A stretch of DNA of 64,000 nt. It comes from a virus (taxonomy: Duplodnaviria > Caudoviricetes). The stretch is from positions 1 to 64,000 of IMG/VR virus record IMGVR_UViG_3300024331_000152. One strand, written 5' to 3'. The translations under genes and the position numbers were made by a program. This document shows, piece after piece, positions 53,904 to 61,606 of this stretch. The notes below the pieces were generated by a model. It worked only from the letters and a program-made list of their open reading frames with translations. It made no database searches and was not told the DNA's origin. Position 1 is the first letter of the stretch. Each line of letters begins with the position of its first letter.

Positions 53904-54118
53904 ACGTCTCTGTACCTGAGTACGTTGATGACAATCTTCGCGCCATCAAGCGTGAGATCGAGAGCCGTCAGGCTGACCGTCGTGCGGCTCGTGTACGCGA
54001 GTTGAAGTCGCAGCGCGCCGGTCTTGCAACCGCTCAGGAGAAGCGGGAGGCCATCGAGAAGGAGCTTGCCTCACTCGGCGAGCCTGTCTAGCCATCGTCC
54101 AGAAACTGGAAAGGCCCG

Positions 54119-54340
54119 CTATGTGCGGGCCTTCTTTTTGTTTGCCTGCTCCAGCTTCTTGCGGGCACGTTCCTTGCTGATAGCGAGGTTCAGTGCGCTG
54201 GTGTACGAGAGGCAGTAGATAGCACGCGTGCCCTTGGCGCGCAGTTCCATCCAGTCAGCCTTGAACTCGACTACGATGGAGCGGGTCTTACCCCGCTCCC
54301 ATACGCAGTTCTCAGTCTCGACGACATCTTGAGGGGGCAC
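54119..54340 (-). CDS. Hypothetical protein
   Basis: R.IVVE......LR.KGTR..Y.L pattern. Confidence 0.55.
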   Translation of the reverse strand: MPPQDVVETENCVWERGKTRSIVVEFKADWMELRAKGTRAIYCLSYTSALNLAISKERARKKLEQANKKKART

Positions 54341-54468
54341 ACGCGGTACTCAACCGAACCCATCACAAACGTACAGCAAGCGCTTGAGAGATACGGCATC
54401 AAGAACGTGCACGCGGGTCATCTGGAGAAGCTTGCCGAGGTATTTGGGATTGCGGCGAAAAAAGAAGC

Positions 54469-54498
54469 TTGCAATTTGCGCGCATCCTGAGTTAAGCT
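54469..54498 (+). promoter_or_regulatory. Promoter of tRNA array C
   Basis: TTGCAA-18 nt-TAAGCT; 19-bp identity with the array B promoter. Confidence 0.7.
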
Positions 54499-54508
54499 CT
54501 ATTTCGTT

Positions 54509-54577
54509 ATGCAGAGAACTATAGCCATGTCGATCACCAAAGGGACCAAGAGGGTCATTTGGGGAGGCGTGTCTTAG
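54509..54577 (+). CDS. Attenuator leader peptide C (MQRTIAMSITKGTKRVIWGGVS)
   Basis: Contains AGA, AGG, ATA, ATC/ATT, ATG, AAA, AAG, ACC/ACT, GGA/GGG, TGG, GTG, matching downstream anticodons. Confidence 0.85.
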   Translation: MQRTIAMSITKGTKRVIWGGVS

Positions 54578-54603
54578 GGGTCTGCACGAGTAGGTTTCAT
54601 CAG

Positions 54604-54628
54604 ACCCCGACTCAGGTCGGGGTTTTTT
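54604..54628 (+). terminator. Intrinsic terminator (attenuator C)
   Basis: ACCCCGAC-TCAG-GTCGGGGT-TTTTT; CAGACCCC can instead pair with GGGGTCTG at 54577-54584. Confidence 0.9.
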
Positions 54629-54646
54629 GTTGTTTGACAAGTTTAT

Positions 54647-54716
54647 AGGGGATGATCTGGGATCGACGAGGTCTCCAAAACCTCACAGCGGAGTTCAATT
54701 CTCCGATCCCCTGCCA
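54647..54716 (+). tRNA. tRNA-Trp(CCA), minimal D arm
   Basis: GAGGT-CTCCAAA-ACCTC, GCCA. Confidence 0.8.
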
Positions 54717-54719
54717 TTT

Positions 54720-54796
54720 GCCAGCGAAGCAGAAGTGGATATTGCGCGCGTCTCATAAGCGCGTTGTAGTGGGTTCGAGTCCCACCGTTGGCACCA
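54720..54796 (+). tRNA. tRNA-Met/Ile2(CAT)
   Basis: CGCGT-CTCATAA-GCGCG, ACCA. Confidence 0.85.
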
Positions 54797-54798
54797 AG

Positions 54799-54854
54799 TT
54801 CACAGCGGTGTTCGCCTTACTCTGACGGCGCAATACCGTCCCGCTGTGAATCCA
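54799..54854 (+). ncRNA. Mini tRNA-like element
   Basis: TTCACAGCGG/CCGCTGTGAA-TCCA with 5-bp/7-nt arm GACGG-CGCAATA-CCGTC. Confidence 0.5.
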
Positions 54855-54864
54855 GTTTCTGGAC

Positions 54865-54944
54865 GCACGTGTAGCTGCTAGTCGGTATGTAGCAGTCCCC
54901 TTATAAGGGACCGGTTGTGGGTTCGACACCCGCCACGTGCACCA
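54865..54944 (+). tRNA. tRNA-Ile(TAT)
   Basis: GTCCC-CTTATAA-GGGAC, ACCA. Confidence 0.85.
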
Positions 54945-54995
54945 AAATTAGCATCAAACCTGTTACGTCACCGGGAGACTGACAGGAGGAGAGCT

Positions 54996-55202
54996 ATGCT
55001 CATTACCCTGTTTTGGATCATTGCAGTTCTCGTTGTGGCTGGTCTTCTGTTGTACCTGATCAACACGATCCCGGGAATCGATCCAACGATCCACGCACTG
55101 ATCAGGGCTGTTGTGATCATCGTCTGCGTGGTCTTTGTGCTGTACTTTGTGTTCTCGTTGTTTAGCGGAGTGGCAATTCCAAGTCCGCACTTTACGAGGT
55201 AG
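54996..55202 (+). CDS. Small 2-TM membrane protein
   Basis: SD AGGAGG; L.YLIN.IP.ID......IR.VVII. Confidence 0.75.
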   Translation: MLITLFWIIAVLVVAGLLLYLINTIPGIDPTIHALIRAVVIIVCVVFVLYFVFSLFSGVAIPSPHFTR

Positions 55203-55207
55203 TTTTT

Positions 55208-55282
55208 GGGCTGTAAGCTTTGTCGGCGAAGCAATCGACTCTTAATCGATAGAGCAGGGTTCGATTCCCTGACGGCCCACCA
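55208..55282 (+). tRNA. tRNA-Lys(CTT)
   Basis: ATCGA-CTCTTAA-TCGAT. Confidence 0.9.
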
Positions 55283-55340
55283 AATTTTGCGAAGGAGAAG
55301 TGAGATGCGAAAACAGAAAGATGACCCAGATAAACGAATT

Positions 55341-55416
55341 GGGGTCGTCGCATAGAGGCAACTGCAACGGACTTTTAATCCGAATGACGTGAGTTCGAAT
55401 CTCACCGGCCCCACCA
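55341..55416 (+). tRNA. tRNA-Lys(TTT)
   Basis: CGGA-CTTTTAA-TCCG. Confidence 0.9.
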
Positions 55417-55425
55417 TAGTTTTTT

Positions 55426-55502
55426 GCTGGCGTAACTCAGACGGACAGAGTGCCTGTCTTCTAAACAGGAAGCCGCTGGTTCGACTCCAGCCGTCAGCAC
55501 CA
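55426..55502 (+). tRNA. tRNA-Arg(TCT)
   Basis: CCTGT-CTTCTAA-ACAGG. Confidence 0.9.
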
Positions 55503-55503
55503 T

Positions 55504-55579
55504 GGCCCCTTAGCTCAGTCGGAAGAGCGGATCGGTCCTAACGATAAGGTCGGGAGTTCGAATCTCTCAGGGGTCACCA
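55504..55579 (+). tRNA. tRNA-Arg(CCT)
   Basis: ATCG-GTCCTAA-CGAT. Confidence 0.85.
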
Positions 55580-55585
55580 AGTTTT

Positions 55586-55662
55586 GCTGCCGTATCGGCC
55601 TCGCCTCCGAAGCGAGATCCCGTAGGTGGATAAGGCTGGTTCGAATCCAGTCGGCAGCTCCA
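55586..55662 (+). tRNA. D-armless tRNA-Arg(CCG)-like element
   Basis: GCTGCCG/CGGCAGC-TCCA, CTCGC-CTCCGAA-GCGAG, canonical T arm, no D stem. Confidence 0.7.
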
Positions 55663-55667
55663 GTTTT

Positions 55668-55742
55668 GCGGATGTAGATCAACGGTAGATCGGGTGTCTT
55701 ACAAGCACTTCGTCGTGGGTTCAACTCCTACCATCCGCACCA
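55668..55742 (+). tRNA. tRNA-Val(TAC)
   Basis: GGTGT-CTTACAA-GCACT, ACCA. Confidence 0.85.
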
Positions 55743-56220
55743 ACTTGTCGTGATCGAGTTCCCAATGGTGATTACGGCACAAGCCGACAAGATTATTAGG
55801 GCGATTAACGATTCCTAATGTCGTAGATTCGGCGAACTCACAAACGGGAGTGAGATGACAACAATCAACGTAGAGGTTGTAGCCGCAGATGGCGCATTTC
55901 TTCAAGAGTCCCGCTCTTAAAGCAACGCTCCTTGCATGAGATCGCACTACAGTATCGTAGGCGTTTCGAGATCCGGACTTTTTAAGATCTGCTAGGGTGA
56001 CAGATTCAAAATCTCGGCGACGGCAATCGCGACAACTTTTAACCCGATAGCGGTCTAGTATTTTGCCGCATTTTGGGCATGAATATATCTTTCGCGCATA
56101 CCCTTTCCAAGGGGTTCTAATTCTTTCTTTATTGTTGTAGATGGCCGCACATGACGAATTACAAAAACGTGGATTATTTGTTGGAACGTCGCAGTTGGCG
56201 CAGGTACGACGAAAGTTCAT
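55699..56220 (-). CDS. HNH endonuclease (antisense insertion in array C)
   Basis: FCNSSCAA..NN, CAICGY...VDCCH......N...NLV.LC.NHHWE.D; leaderless TACCAT-6 nt-ATG. Confidence 0.85.
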   Translation of the reverse strand: MNFRRTCANCDVPTNNPRFCNSSCAAIYNNKERIRTPWKGYARKIYSCPKCGKILDRYRVKSCRDCRRRDFESVTLADLKKSGSRNAYDTVVRSHARSVALRAGLLKKCAICGYNLYVDCCHLTPVCEFAESTTLGIVNRPNNLVGLCRNHHWELDHDKLVRMVGVEPTTKCL

Positions 56221-56347
56221 AGAAAGATGGTACCGGAGCTGTAGACAACGGCACCACCTTTTTAAAGAAGTAGCACAGGTTATCGTGCGAAAGAGTCATT
56301 CCTTATTCTGGACAAGACAAGGACTGGCTGTATGTTCAAAATTGAAC

Positions 56348-56424
56348 GCTGCCGTAGCTCAGTTGGCCAGAGCACACCCTTGGTAAGGGTGAGGTCGTCA
56401 GTTCGAAACTGACCGGTAGCTCCA
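56348..56424 (+). tRNA. tRNA-Thr(GGT)
   Basis: CACCC-TTGGTAA-GGGTG. Confidence 0.95.
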
Positions 56425-56430
56425 TATTGT

Positions 56431-56506
56431 TGGCGGATAGCTCAGGTGGTCAGAGCACGCGACCGATAATCGCGAGGCCGGAGTTCAACTCTCCGTCCGC
56501 CAACCA
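56431..56506 (+). tRNA. tRNA-Ile(GAT)
   Basis: CGCGA-CCGATAA-TCGCG. Confidence 0.85.
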
Positions 56507-56512
56507 AAGTTA

Positions 56513-56596
56513 GCGGGGGTCGCTCAGTGGTAGAGCCGCTGCCTTCCAAGCAGCCGACCTTGTGTCATGCGGGTTCGAATCCCGTCCCCCGCTCCA
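56513..56596 (+). tRNA. tRNA-Gly(TCC) with extended variable arm
   Basis: GCTGC-CTTCCAA-GCAGC, TCCA. Confidence 0.9.
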
Positions 56597-57335
56597 AAGC
56601 TTTCAAGATCGCTTGGGCGTCACTATTATAGAAGCCACTCGAATTGAGACAGTTGAATTCGAGGACGTAAATATCCTCTCCAACTAAACAGAGATCCATC
56701 ACTACGGTCGGGTGCGGAAGCCAATCTTTCGCGCAGTCTGCGGCGGCTTCGAATACCCACTCGTACACAGTCTCCCGGATGCGACGGACTCCGTTGTGCC
56801 GGTATTGCGATCCAGCTACTACAACACCATCGACAACAAAGAAACGCCACTCCTGAGTAATCTCCCTTACTGGGCTAATCAGCATCTCGTCTTCGCCGTT
56901 CGGCTCTGTCTGTTCAATAAGCCACCAGTTGCGGTCTGCGGGTTCAAGAACCATTCCCGTATGGAGCTTATCTTTTACCGACTTCACGAAGACTGGTTCG
57001 GCTATCCACTCACTGCGCAGCTCAGCAGCCGTAATGGTCTTGATTTCCTTGTTTAGCATGCGCGGGTGCTTCCATGTGCGGGGATCGAACATACCGGGCC
57101 TGTAGAAGGCTCCCGGGCTCATCAGAGACGGCGCAAGGGAAGCCAACAGCGTAGAACCATAGACAAGCGTCGGCTGCAAGAGATCGAAGCCAGCAGGGAT
57201 TATCAGCTCATGCGAAAAGGGTACTACCTTCACTGTCTCGTAAGACATGCCGAGCGCTTGTAGCGCATCGGTCATCTGTTGAGTATTCGTATCGAGGATG
57301 CCGAATCCTTCTGAGTGCTCGACTAGCCATTGCAT
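56565..57335 (-). CDS. ATP-grasp domain protein (DUF4343/R2K-like)
   Basis: VVPFS, YGS, VFVK....K..TG.V, EWRFFVVDG.VV.GS.Y, VMD......LEFN.LNSSGFY. Confidence 0.85.
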   Translation of the reverse strand: MQWLVEHSEGFGILDTNTQQMTDALQALGMSYETVKVVPFSHELIIPAGFDLLQPTLVYGSTLLASLAPSLMSPGAFYRPGMFDPRTWKHPRMLNKEIKTITAAELRSEWIAEPVFVKSVKDKLHTGMVLEPADRNWWLIEQTEPNGEDEMLISPVREITQEWRFFVVDGVVVAGSQYRHNGVRRIRETVYEWVFEAAADCAKDWLPHPTVVMDLCLVGEDIYVLEFNCLNSSGFYNSDAQAILKALERGTGFEPA

Positions 57336-57358
57336 ACAACTAATGGTAAACTGCGCGC

Positions 57359-57613
57359 ATGGCCCTCCGTATAAACAATGAAAGCAAAGAAGAGCGCGAC
57401 GCCGAGCGTGCGCTATGGCGCAAACAGCAAATCGAAGATCGTGAGTTCGAGAAGACGCAGACGATGGAATATCAGCGTCGGGAAGACCTCATATCCGAAC
57501 GAGATCTCTGGGCCGGGACAGTACAAGGGTTGATGGATAACGGACGGACTCTCGATCAGGCAATCGGACTTGCAGATAAGCTACTCGTAGAGTACAAGGT
57601 TCGATTTTCATGA
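57359..57613 (+). CDS. Hypothetical protein (leaderless)
   Basis: TGgTAAACT-GCGCGC-ATG. Confidence 0.65.
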   Translation: MALRINNESKEERDAERALWRKQQIEDREFEKTQTMEYQRREDLISERDLWAGTVQGLMDNGRTLDQAIGLADKLLVEYKVRFS

Positions 57614-57804
57614 TCTTCATCGCTTATTTGACTATTGGAATTCTCTACGCTATCGCCCGGTATGGCAAAATACGCCGTGTTGCGAAAGTGGTGGTTGCTG
57701 AGCGCTGCTGGCGTTTCCTGAGCCCCGCTATGATCGAGATGGTTGGAGCCTCAAGCGTGTGTCTTCTCTGGCCAATTTTTGTCTACATCGACATCACCTC
57801 GTGA
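57610..57804 (+). CDS. Small membrane protein
   Basis: Two hydrophobic segments, LLWP motif. Confidence 0.55.
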   Translation: MIFIAYLTIGILYAIARYGKIRRVAKVVVAERCWRFLSPAMIEMVGASSVCLLWPIFVYIDITS

Positions 57805-57816
57805 TAAACTGCGCGC

Positions 57817-58149
57817 ATGCCGCTATATGCGAAACCCGGCGAACGTCAGTACGATGGAACACTTCCCTTTCCCGGAATCGTCTATTGCTCTGACTGCGGT
57901 GCGCCGATCATTGACACGCCAACACATCACTATACTCACCGCATTCGAGTTCATTCTGTAAAGATCCAACTTGAGCGTTTGCCGACAACAAAACCAGCGA
58001 TTCTTCCACATGAATATAAGCCTCGGATCAGTGAAGAGGATAGCTGTCTGTGTGGCGCGTGCTTAGAGGGCAATTGTCTAGCCTGTGACGGCGGAGAGTG
58101 TAGATGTGTGTGTGCGCTCGAAATGGACGAAATCAGAGTTCGCCGGTAG
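57817..58149 (+). CDS. Cys-rich hypothetical protein (leaderless)
   Basis: TGaTAAACT-GCGCGC-ATG; many Cys. Confidence 0.6.
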   Translation: MPLYAKPGERQYDGTLPFPGIVYCSDCGAPIIDTPTHHYTHRIRVHSVKIQLERLPTTKPAILPHEYKPRISEEDSCLCGACLEGNCLACDGGECRCVCALEMDEIRVRR

Positions 58150-58165
58150 ATGAGCAGGTGTGGTG

Positions 58166-58519
58166 ATGCCGATCCTCTGCTTCGATAAACCGAAGAAGCT
58201 CCGCTCAACTGAGGAACATAATGAGACCTACCAGTCCGATACGAATATCGCCGGTACCTACGTGCCGAACATGTCAGAAGAAGACAAGCTGAAGTGGAAG
58301 GCGAAGCTGATCAAGGGAGACGATCCGCGCGTCGAGATTCGCAAGACAGTAAGTGGCCACGAGCCTTACATCCGCTGGCCACACTCCGCGCAGATCCTGA
58401 TCATCGTTAGGCCTTCTTTGGTCGTGATGTCGGCAAACAGCCGGATGATCTTTGACAGCCAAACATGGATAGAGCTGGCGCAGGCGGTGGCCGAGGCACA
58501 GGAAAAATTGCGCGCTTGA
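58166..58519 (+). CDS. Hypothetical phage protein
   Basis: AGTYVPNMS.ED..KWKAK.......RVEIRK. Confidence 0.7.
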   Translation: MPILCFDKPKKLRSTEEHNETYQSDTNIAGTYVPNMSEEDKLKWKAKLIKGDDPRVEIRKTVSGHEPYIRWPHSAQILIIVRPSLVVMSANSRMIFDSQTWIELAQAVAEAQEKLRA

Positions 58520-58686
58520 CAAGATAAGCAGGTAAGGTCCAGAATTAGGACAATTTGCCAGCCCACCTTTGGATATGTTCGCAGTAAAAACCTCGCCGTA
58601 AGACCACTTCCTGATCTACTCAAAAAATCTTCCAATTTCTGGCAAAACAAAGTCGGAGGAATCCGACTTTTTGCTATAGTCTCCCC

Positions 58687-59301
58687 ATGGCCGCAAATTT
58701 AATTCCAATCCAGACGGTTATTACGCCTTCTCGGCGCGAGAAACTGTGGATAAAGGAAGGTAAGAAATGTCACTGGTGCGGCCAGCCGACTCGCCTTGGC
58801 AGTTACAAGCCGGACGGCACACTCGCGTGGAACAGCGCAACGACAGATCATGTTCTTCCGCGCTGGAGGGGCGGCAGCGACGACGAATCAAATCTTGTGT
58901 CCGCCTGTCATCTCTGCAACAACCGTCGTTCTCATGAAGATGCGTGCGGCATTCCTGATGGATCAATGCTTGGCAAATACGACCCAGATAAGGGGATGGT
59001 TTACAAAGGAAAGAAGGGTCCTATGGTTCGCGTAGCACTGACTGGCGACGAAAAGAAAGCCATCATGAACGGCAAGTCTGTAGCACCGATGGTATCGGTC
59101 GTGACGTTACAAGATCTTGAGGAAGTAAAGAAACAGCGCGACCATGCGTTTAAGGAGGTGGCGCAGGCTAAATTCACCTGCGAGAGCCACCGGCTCGCTC
59201 TTGAGGAAGTAAAGGCTGAGCTACAGGTATGGAAGTCGATGACGGTATGGATGCTGATCCGGCTCCGGATCGCGGAATGGATTGTGCCGAAAATTAAGTG
59301 A
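58687..59301 (+). CDS. HNH domain plus coiled-coil protein
   Basis: CHWCG...ATTDHVLPR.RGG.....NLV.AC..CN..R; leaderless TGcTATAGT-6 nt-ATG. Confidence 0.85.
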   Translation: MAANLIPIQTVITPSRREKLWIKEGKKCHWCGQPTRLGSYKPDGTLAWNSATTDHVLPRWRGGSDDESNLVSACHLCNNRRSHEDACGIPDGSMLGKYDPDKGMVYKGKKGPMVRVALTGDEKKAIMNGKSVAPMVSVVTLQDLEEVKKQRDHAFKEVAQAKFTCESHRLALEEVKAELQVWKSMTVWMLIRLRIAEWIVPKIK

Positions 59302-59334
59302 TCATGATCTGCGCTGTGTGCAATAATTGCGAGC

Positions 59335-59607
59335 ATGAGTCCGGGAGGACATATGCCAGAAGTTGTTGTGAAAGAAAGCAACGGACACGAGTCCACGTTT
59401 AAGGGGATCGACAAAATCCTTGTTGAGTCCGACCACAGCCTGATCTTGAAGCGCTGCGGAGCAGAACAAAAGCGCGTTGTTCCTGTGAAGATCTTCTGGG
59501 GATTGCTGGAATTCGAACGCGTCGTAGACGAGACCGTTGATGTTCCAGTCGCGCGCTTTATGTCATGGCACGCCTACTGGGTCGATGGCGTCAAACACAC
59601 TGCATGA
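59335..59607 (+). CDS. Hypothetical protein
   Basis: Promoter-proximal ORF, SD GGAGG before internal ATG. Confidence 0.55.
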   Translation: MSPGGHMPEVVVKESNGHESTFKGIDKILVESDHSLILKRCGAEQKRVVPVKIFWGLLEFERVVDETVDVPVARFMSWHAYWVDGVKHTA

Positions 59608-59915
59608 TCTGGTCGTTTCATACGTCGATGGATCTCGTACCGAAGCGCGGAGATATTGTTCAGACTTTTGTAGGCGACCGGCGTGAGCGCACGTGGATGG
59701 TCATCAAGGCGCGTCGGATAAACCGGTCGCAATCTCCATTTCCTCGCTATGAGCTTTGGACGGTGCGCTGGTGGGAAATAGAGCCAGAGCTAAGAGTCAG
59801 ACTATGGCGTAGCGCTGAGCGTAACGGCGGTCAGAACGTTCTCCGCTACAAAGTGGAACCTCTCAAACAGAAACCACAAAAGAAGCGATCCTTTGAGGAG
59901 TACATGCAACGATGA
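59604..59915 (+). CDS. Hypothetical protein
   Basis: ATGA overlaps on both sides. Confidence 0.55.
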   Translation: MIWSFHTSMDLVPKRGDIVQTFVGDRRERTWMVIKARRINRSQSPFPRYELWTVRWWEIEPELRVRLWRSAERNGGQNVLRYKVEPLKQKPQKKRSFEEYMQR

Positions 59916-60664
59916 TCGAACACGAGATTGCCACGAAGACAGTAAGTCCGAACGCATTCTTTTGGATGGTGATAGATGCGTTGTCTAACAGCAGGAGGTT
60001 GTCCTGTGTTCGTATGGCCGATGGCGAGAAGGCAATTTGGAATCAGGCGATCAGGCAGAAGCGATCCGATCCACTACAGACGCCGTTCAAAGATATTCCA
60101 GACTGGGCCAAGACCTACGGCGTAGACAGCATCACGGCTGAAGAGATCATGCACCGGCTGAGCTATGCGGCCACCTTCTGCACGCACTTTGCACCATCTG
60201 TCAGCGGCCTGCGACATGAAGCGTACAACCTGTACGACATTTGGAAGTCTCGGACCTTCTATATCGACAACTTCTTTGTGGATCAATGGAGCGACGATCA
60301 GAAAACCGAGCTATTCAAGACTGCCGGTCATGTTCTCTTCATCCATCGCAACGCGAACACCGCCGACTCGATGCAGATCCGCGTGCAGGCCAACCTTGGC
60401 GTCAAAGTTCATTTTATTAAGCTCGACAACTGGCGGGAGTGCTCTGAGGTAGCAGAGAAAGCGCTCGTCAACACAGCACCGCTGGTTCTTTTTAGTGGCG
60501 GTCCGGCAGGCAAGTACCTTGCACCGGACATTATGCGACGATCAGCGCTGCCTAAAGTTGTGATCGATCTCGGGCATGGTGCCGACAAATTCACTTTCTC
60601 GCACCTGCCGATGGACCGGAAGGCTGCGGAAGCATTTCATGCGGAATGGAGCAAGAGACAATGA
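59912..60664 (+). CDS. GT-D fold-like glycosyltransferase domain protein
   Basis: LSCVRMADGE, LVLFSGG..GK.....I.......VIDLGH..D. Confidence 0.7.
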   Translation: MIEHEIATKTVSPNAFFWMVIDALSNSRRLSCVRMADGEKAIWNQAIRQKRSDPLQTPFKDIPDWAKTYGVDSITAEEIMHRLSYAATFCTHFAPSVSGLRHEAYNLYDIWKSRTFYIDNFFVDQWSDDQKTELFKTAGHVLFIHRNANTADSMQIRVQANLGVKVHFIKLDNWRECSEVAEKALVNTAPLVLFSGGPAGKYLAPDIMRRSALPKVVIDLGHGADKFTFSHLPMDRKAAEAFHAEWSKRQ

Positions 60665-60987
60665 CTGGTATTCAGATGATCGAAGCCGAGCGCGTTCGGC
60701 AGATACAGGTTGAAGGCTGGTCGCCAGAACACGATGACCTTCATGACAGCGGCGAGCTGGCGGCAGCGGCTGAGTGCTACGTGGGGCTGGCAGCAGATCA
60801 GGAAGCTGGCCTACCTCAGGTGACAGTGGTGCCGTTGCAATGGCCCTTTGAAGAGAAGTGGTGGAAGCCACGGGACCAGCTCAGGAATCTTGCCCGGGCG
60901 GGGGCCTTGATCGCGGCAGAGATTGACCGCATCATACGAGTGGAGGAGAAAACCCATGGAGATCGCTCGCAGCCAAGTGAACGATGA
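60661..60987 (+). CDS. Conserved phage protein
   Basis: AER.RQI..EGWSPEHDD.H..GELA.AA.CY...WP....WWKP....RNL.RAGALIAAEIDR. Confidence 0.85.
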   Translation: MTGIQMIEAERVRQIQVEGWSPEHDDLHDSGELAAAAECYVGLAADQEAGLPQVTVVPLQWPFEEKWWKPRDQLRNLARAGALIAAEIDRIIRVEEKTHGDRSQPSER

Positions 60988-61138
60988 GATCTGTCGGTTA
61001 ACCTGTGCGGCCTATGACAACCTTCATAGCTCTGACTGTCCCTACACACAAGAGAGGTGGAAGCAGCAGGGATGGGCTCGTAATGACCAATTTAGGGTAG
61101 CAACGCCAAAGGAAATTCGGGAGTCGAAGGCGGCATAA
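60956..61138 (+). CDS. Hypothetical protein
   Basis: SD GGAGG. Confidence 0.45.
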   Translation: MEIARSQVNDEICRLTCAAYDNLHSSDCPYTQERWKQQGWARNDQFRVATPKEIRESKAA

Positions 61139-61401
61139 TGGTTGGCGGCAAAGTCATCAACATCGTGAAAGTCGAAGACGGCGTCTGGGTCCAGTGTCTG
61201 GACAGAACCTACTCAGAGCAGACGTGCGCGATCCGCGTGAAGGATGCTAAAGAGATGAAGGTCGGCGACTCGCTCTGGTGGCAAGGTCGGCATGCCTACT
61301 GGACGCCGAAGCCGGATGATGGTCGTGAGGATGTCAGGTTGGAGAGGATCGGCTACAGCCATTCATCGATCCCGGAAGATGCGATTAAGGCTTCTTTTTA
61401 G
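61138..61401 (+). CDS. Hypothetical phage protein
   Basis: MVGG.V..., GDSLWWQG..AYWTP, L.RIGYS. Confidence 0.7.
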   Translation: MVGGKVINIVKVEDGVWVQCLDRTYSEQTCAIRVKDAKEMKVGDSLWWQGRHAYWTPKPDDGREDVRLERIGYSHSSIPEDAIKASF

Positions 61402-61606
61402 AGGCGTCTTTCTTCGGCCTGCCACCGTTGTAATGTTCACGAGGGTGTGATTTTTTGGCCAGCTCGGAGAAGTATTTCTTCCCTCTCTTCTTCTTGAGCT
61501 TTTGCGCTGCTTTCCGGGCAATGATCGAATAGAAATCTGGATTATCCTTTGTTAGTTTTTCTTCTGGTTCTTTCTTCTTTTTAGATGTGGAATTTGCGCG
61601 CGTCAT
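61385..61606 (-). CDS. Small basic protein with KGG/stress-repeat-like motif
   Basis: PDFYSIIARK......RGKKYFSELAKKS; leaderless TATACT-6 nt-ATG. Confidence 0.6.
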   Translation of the reverse strand: MTRANSTSKKKKEPEEKLTKDNPDFYSIIARKAAQKLKKKRGKKYFSELAKKSHPREHYNGGRPKKDASKKKP

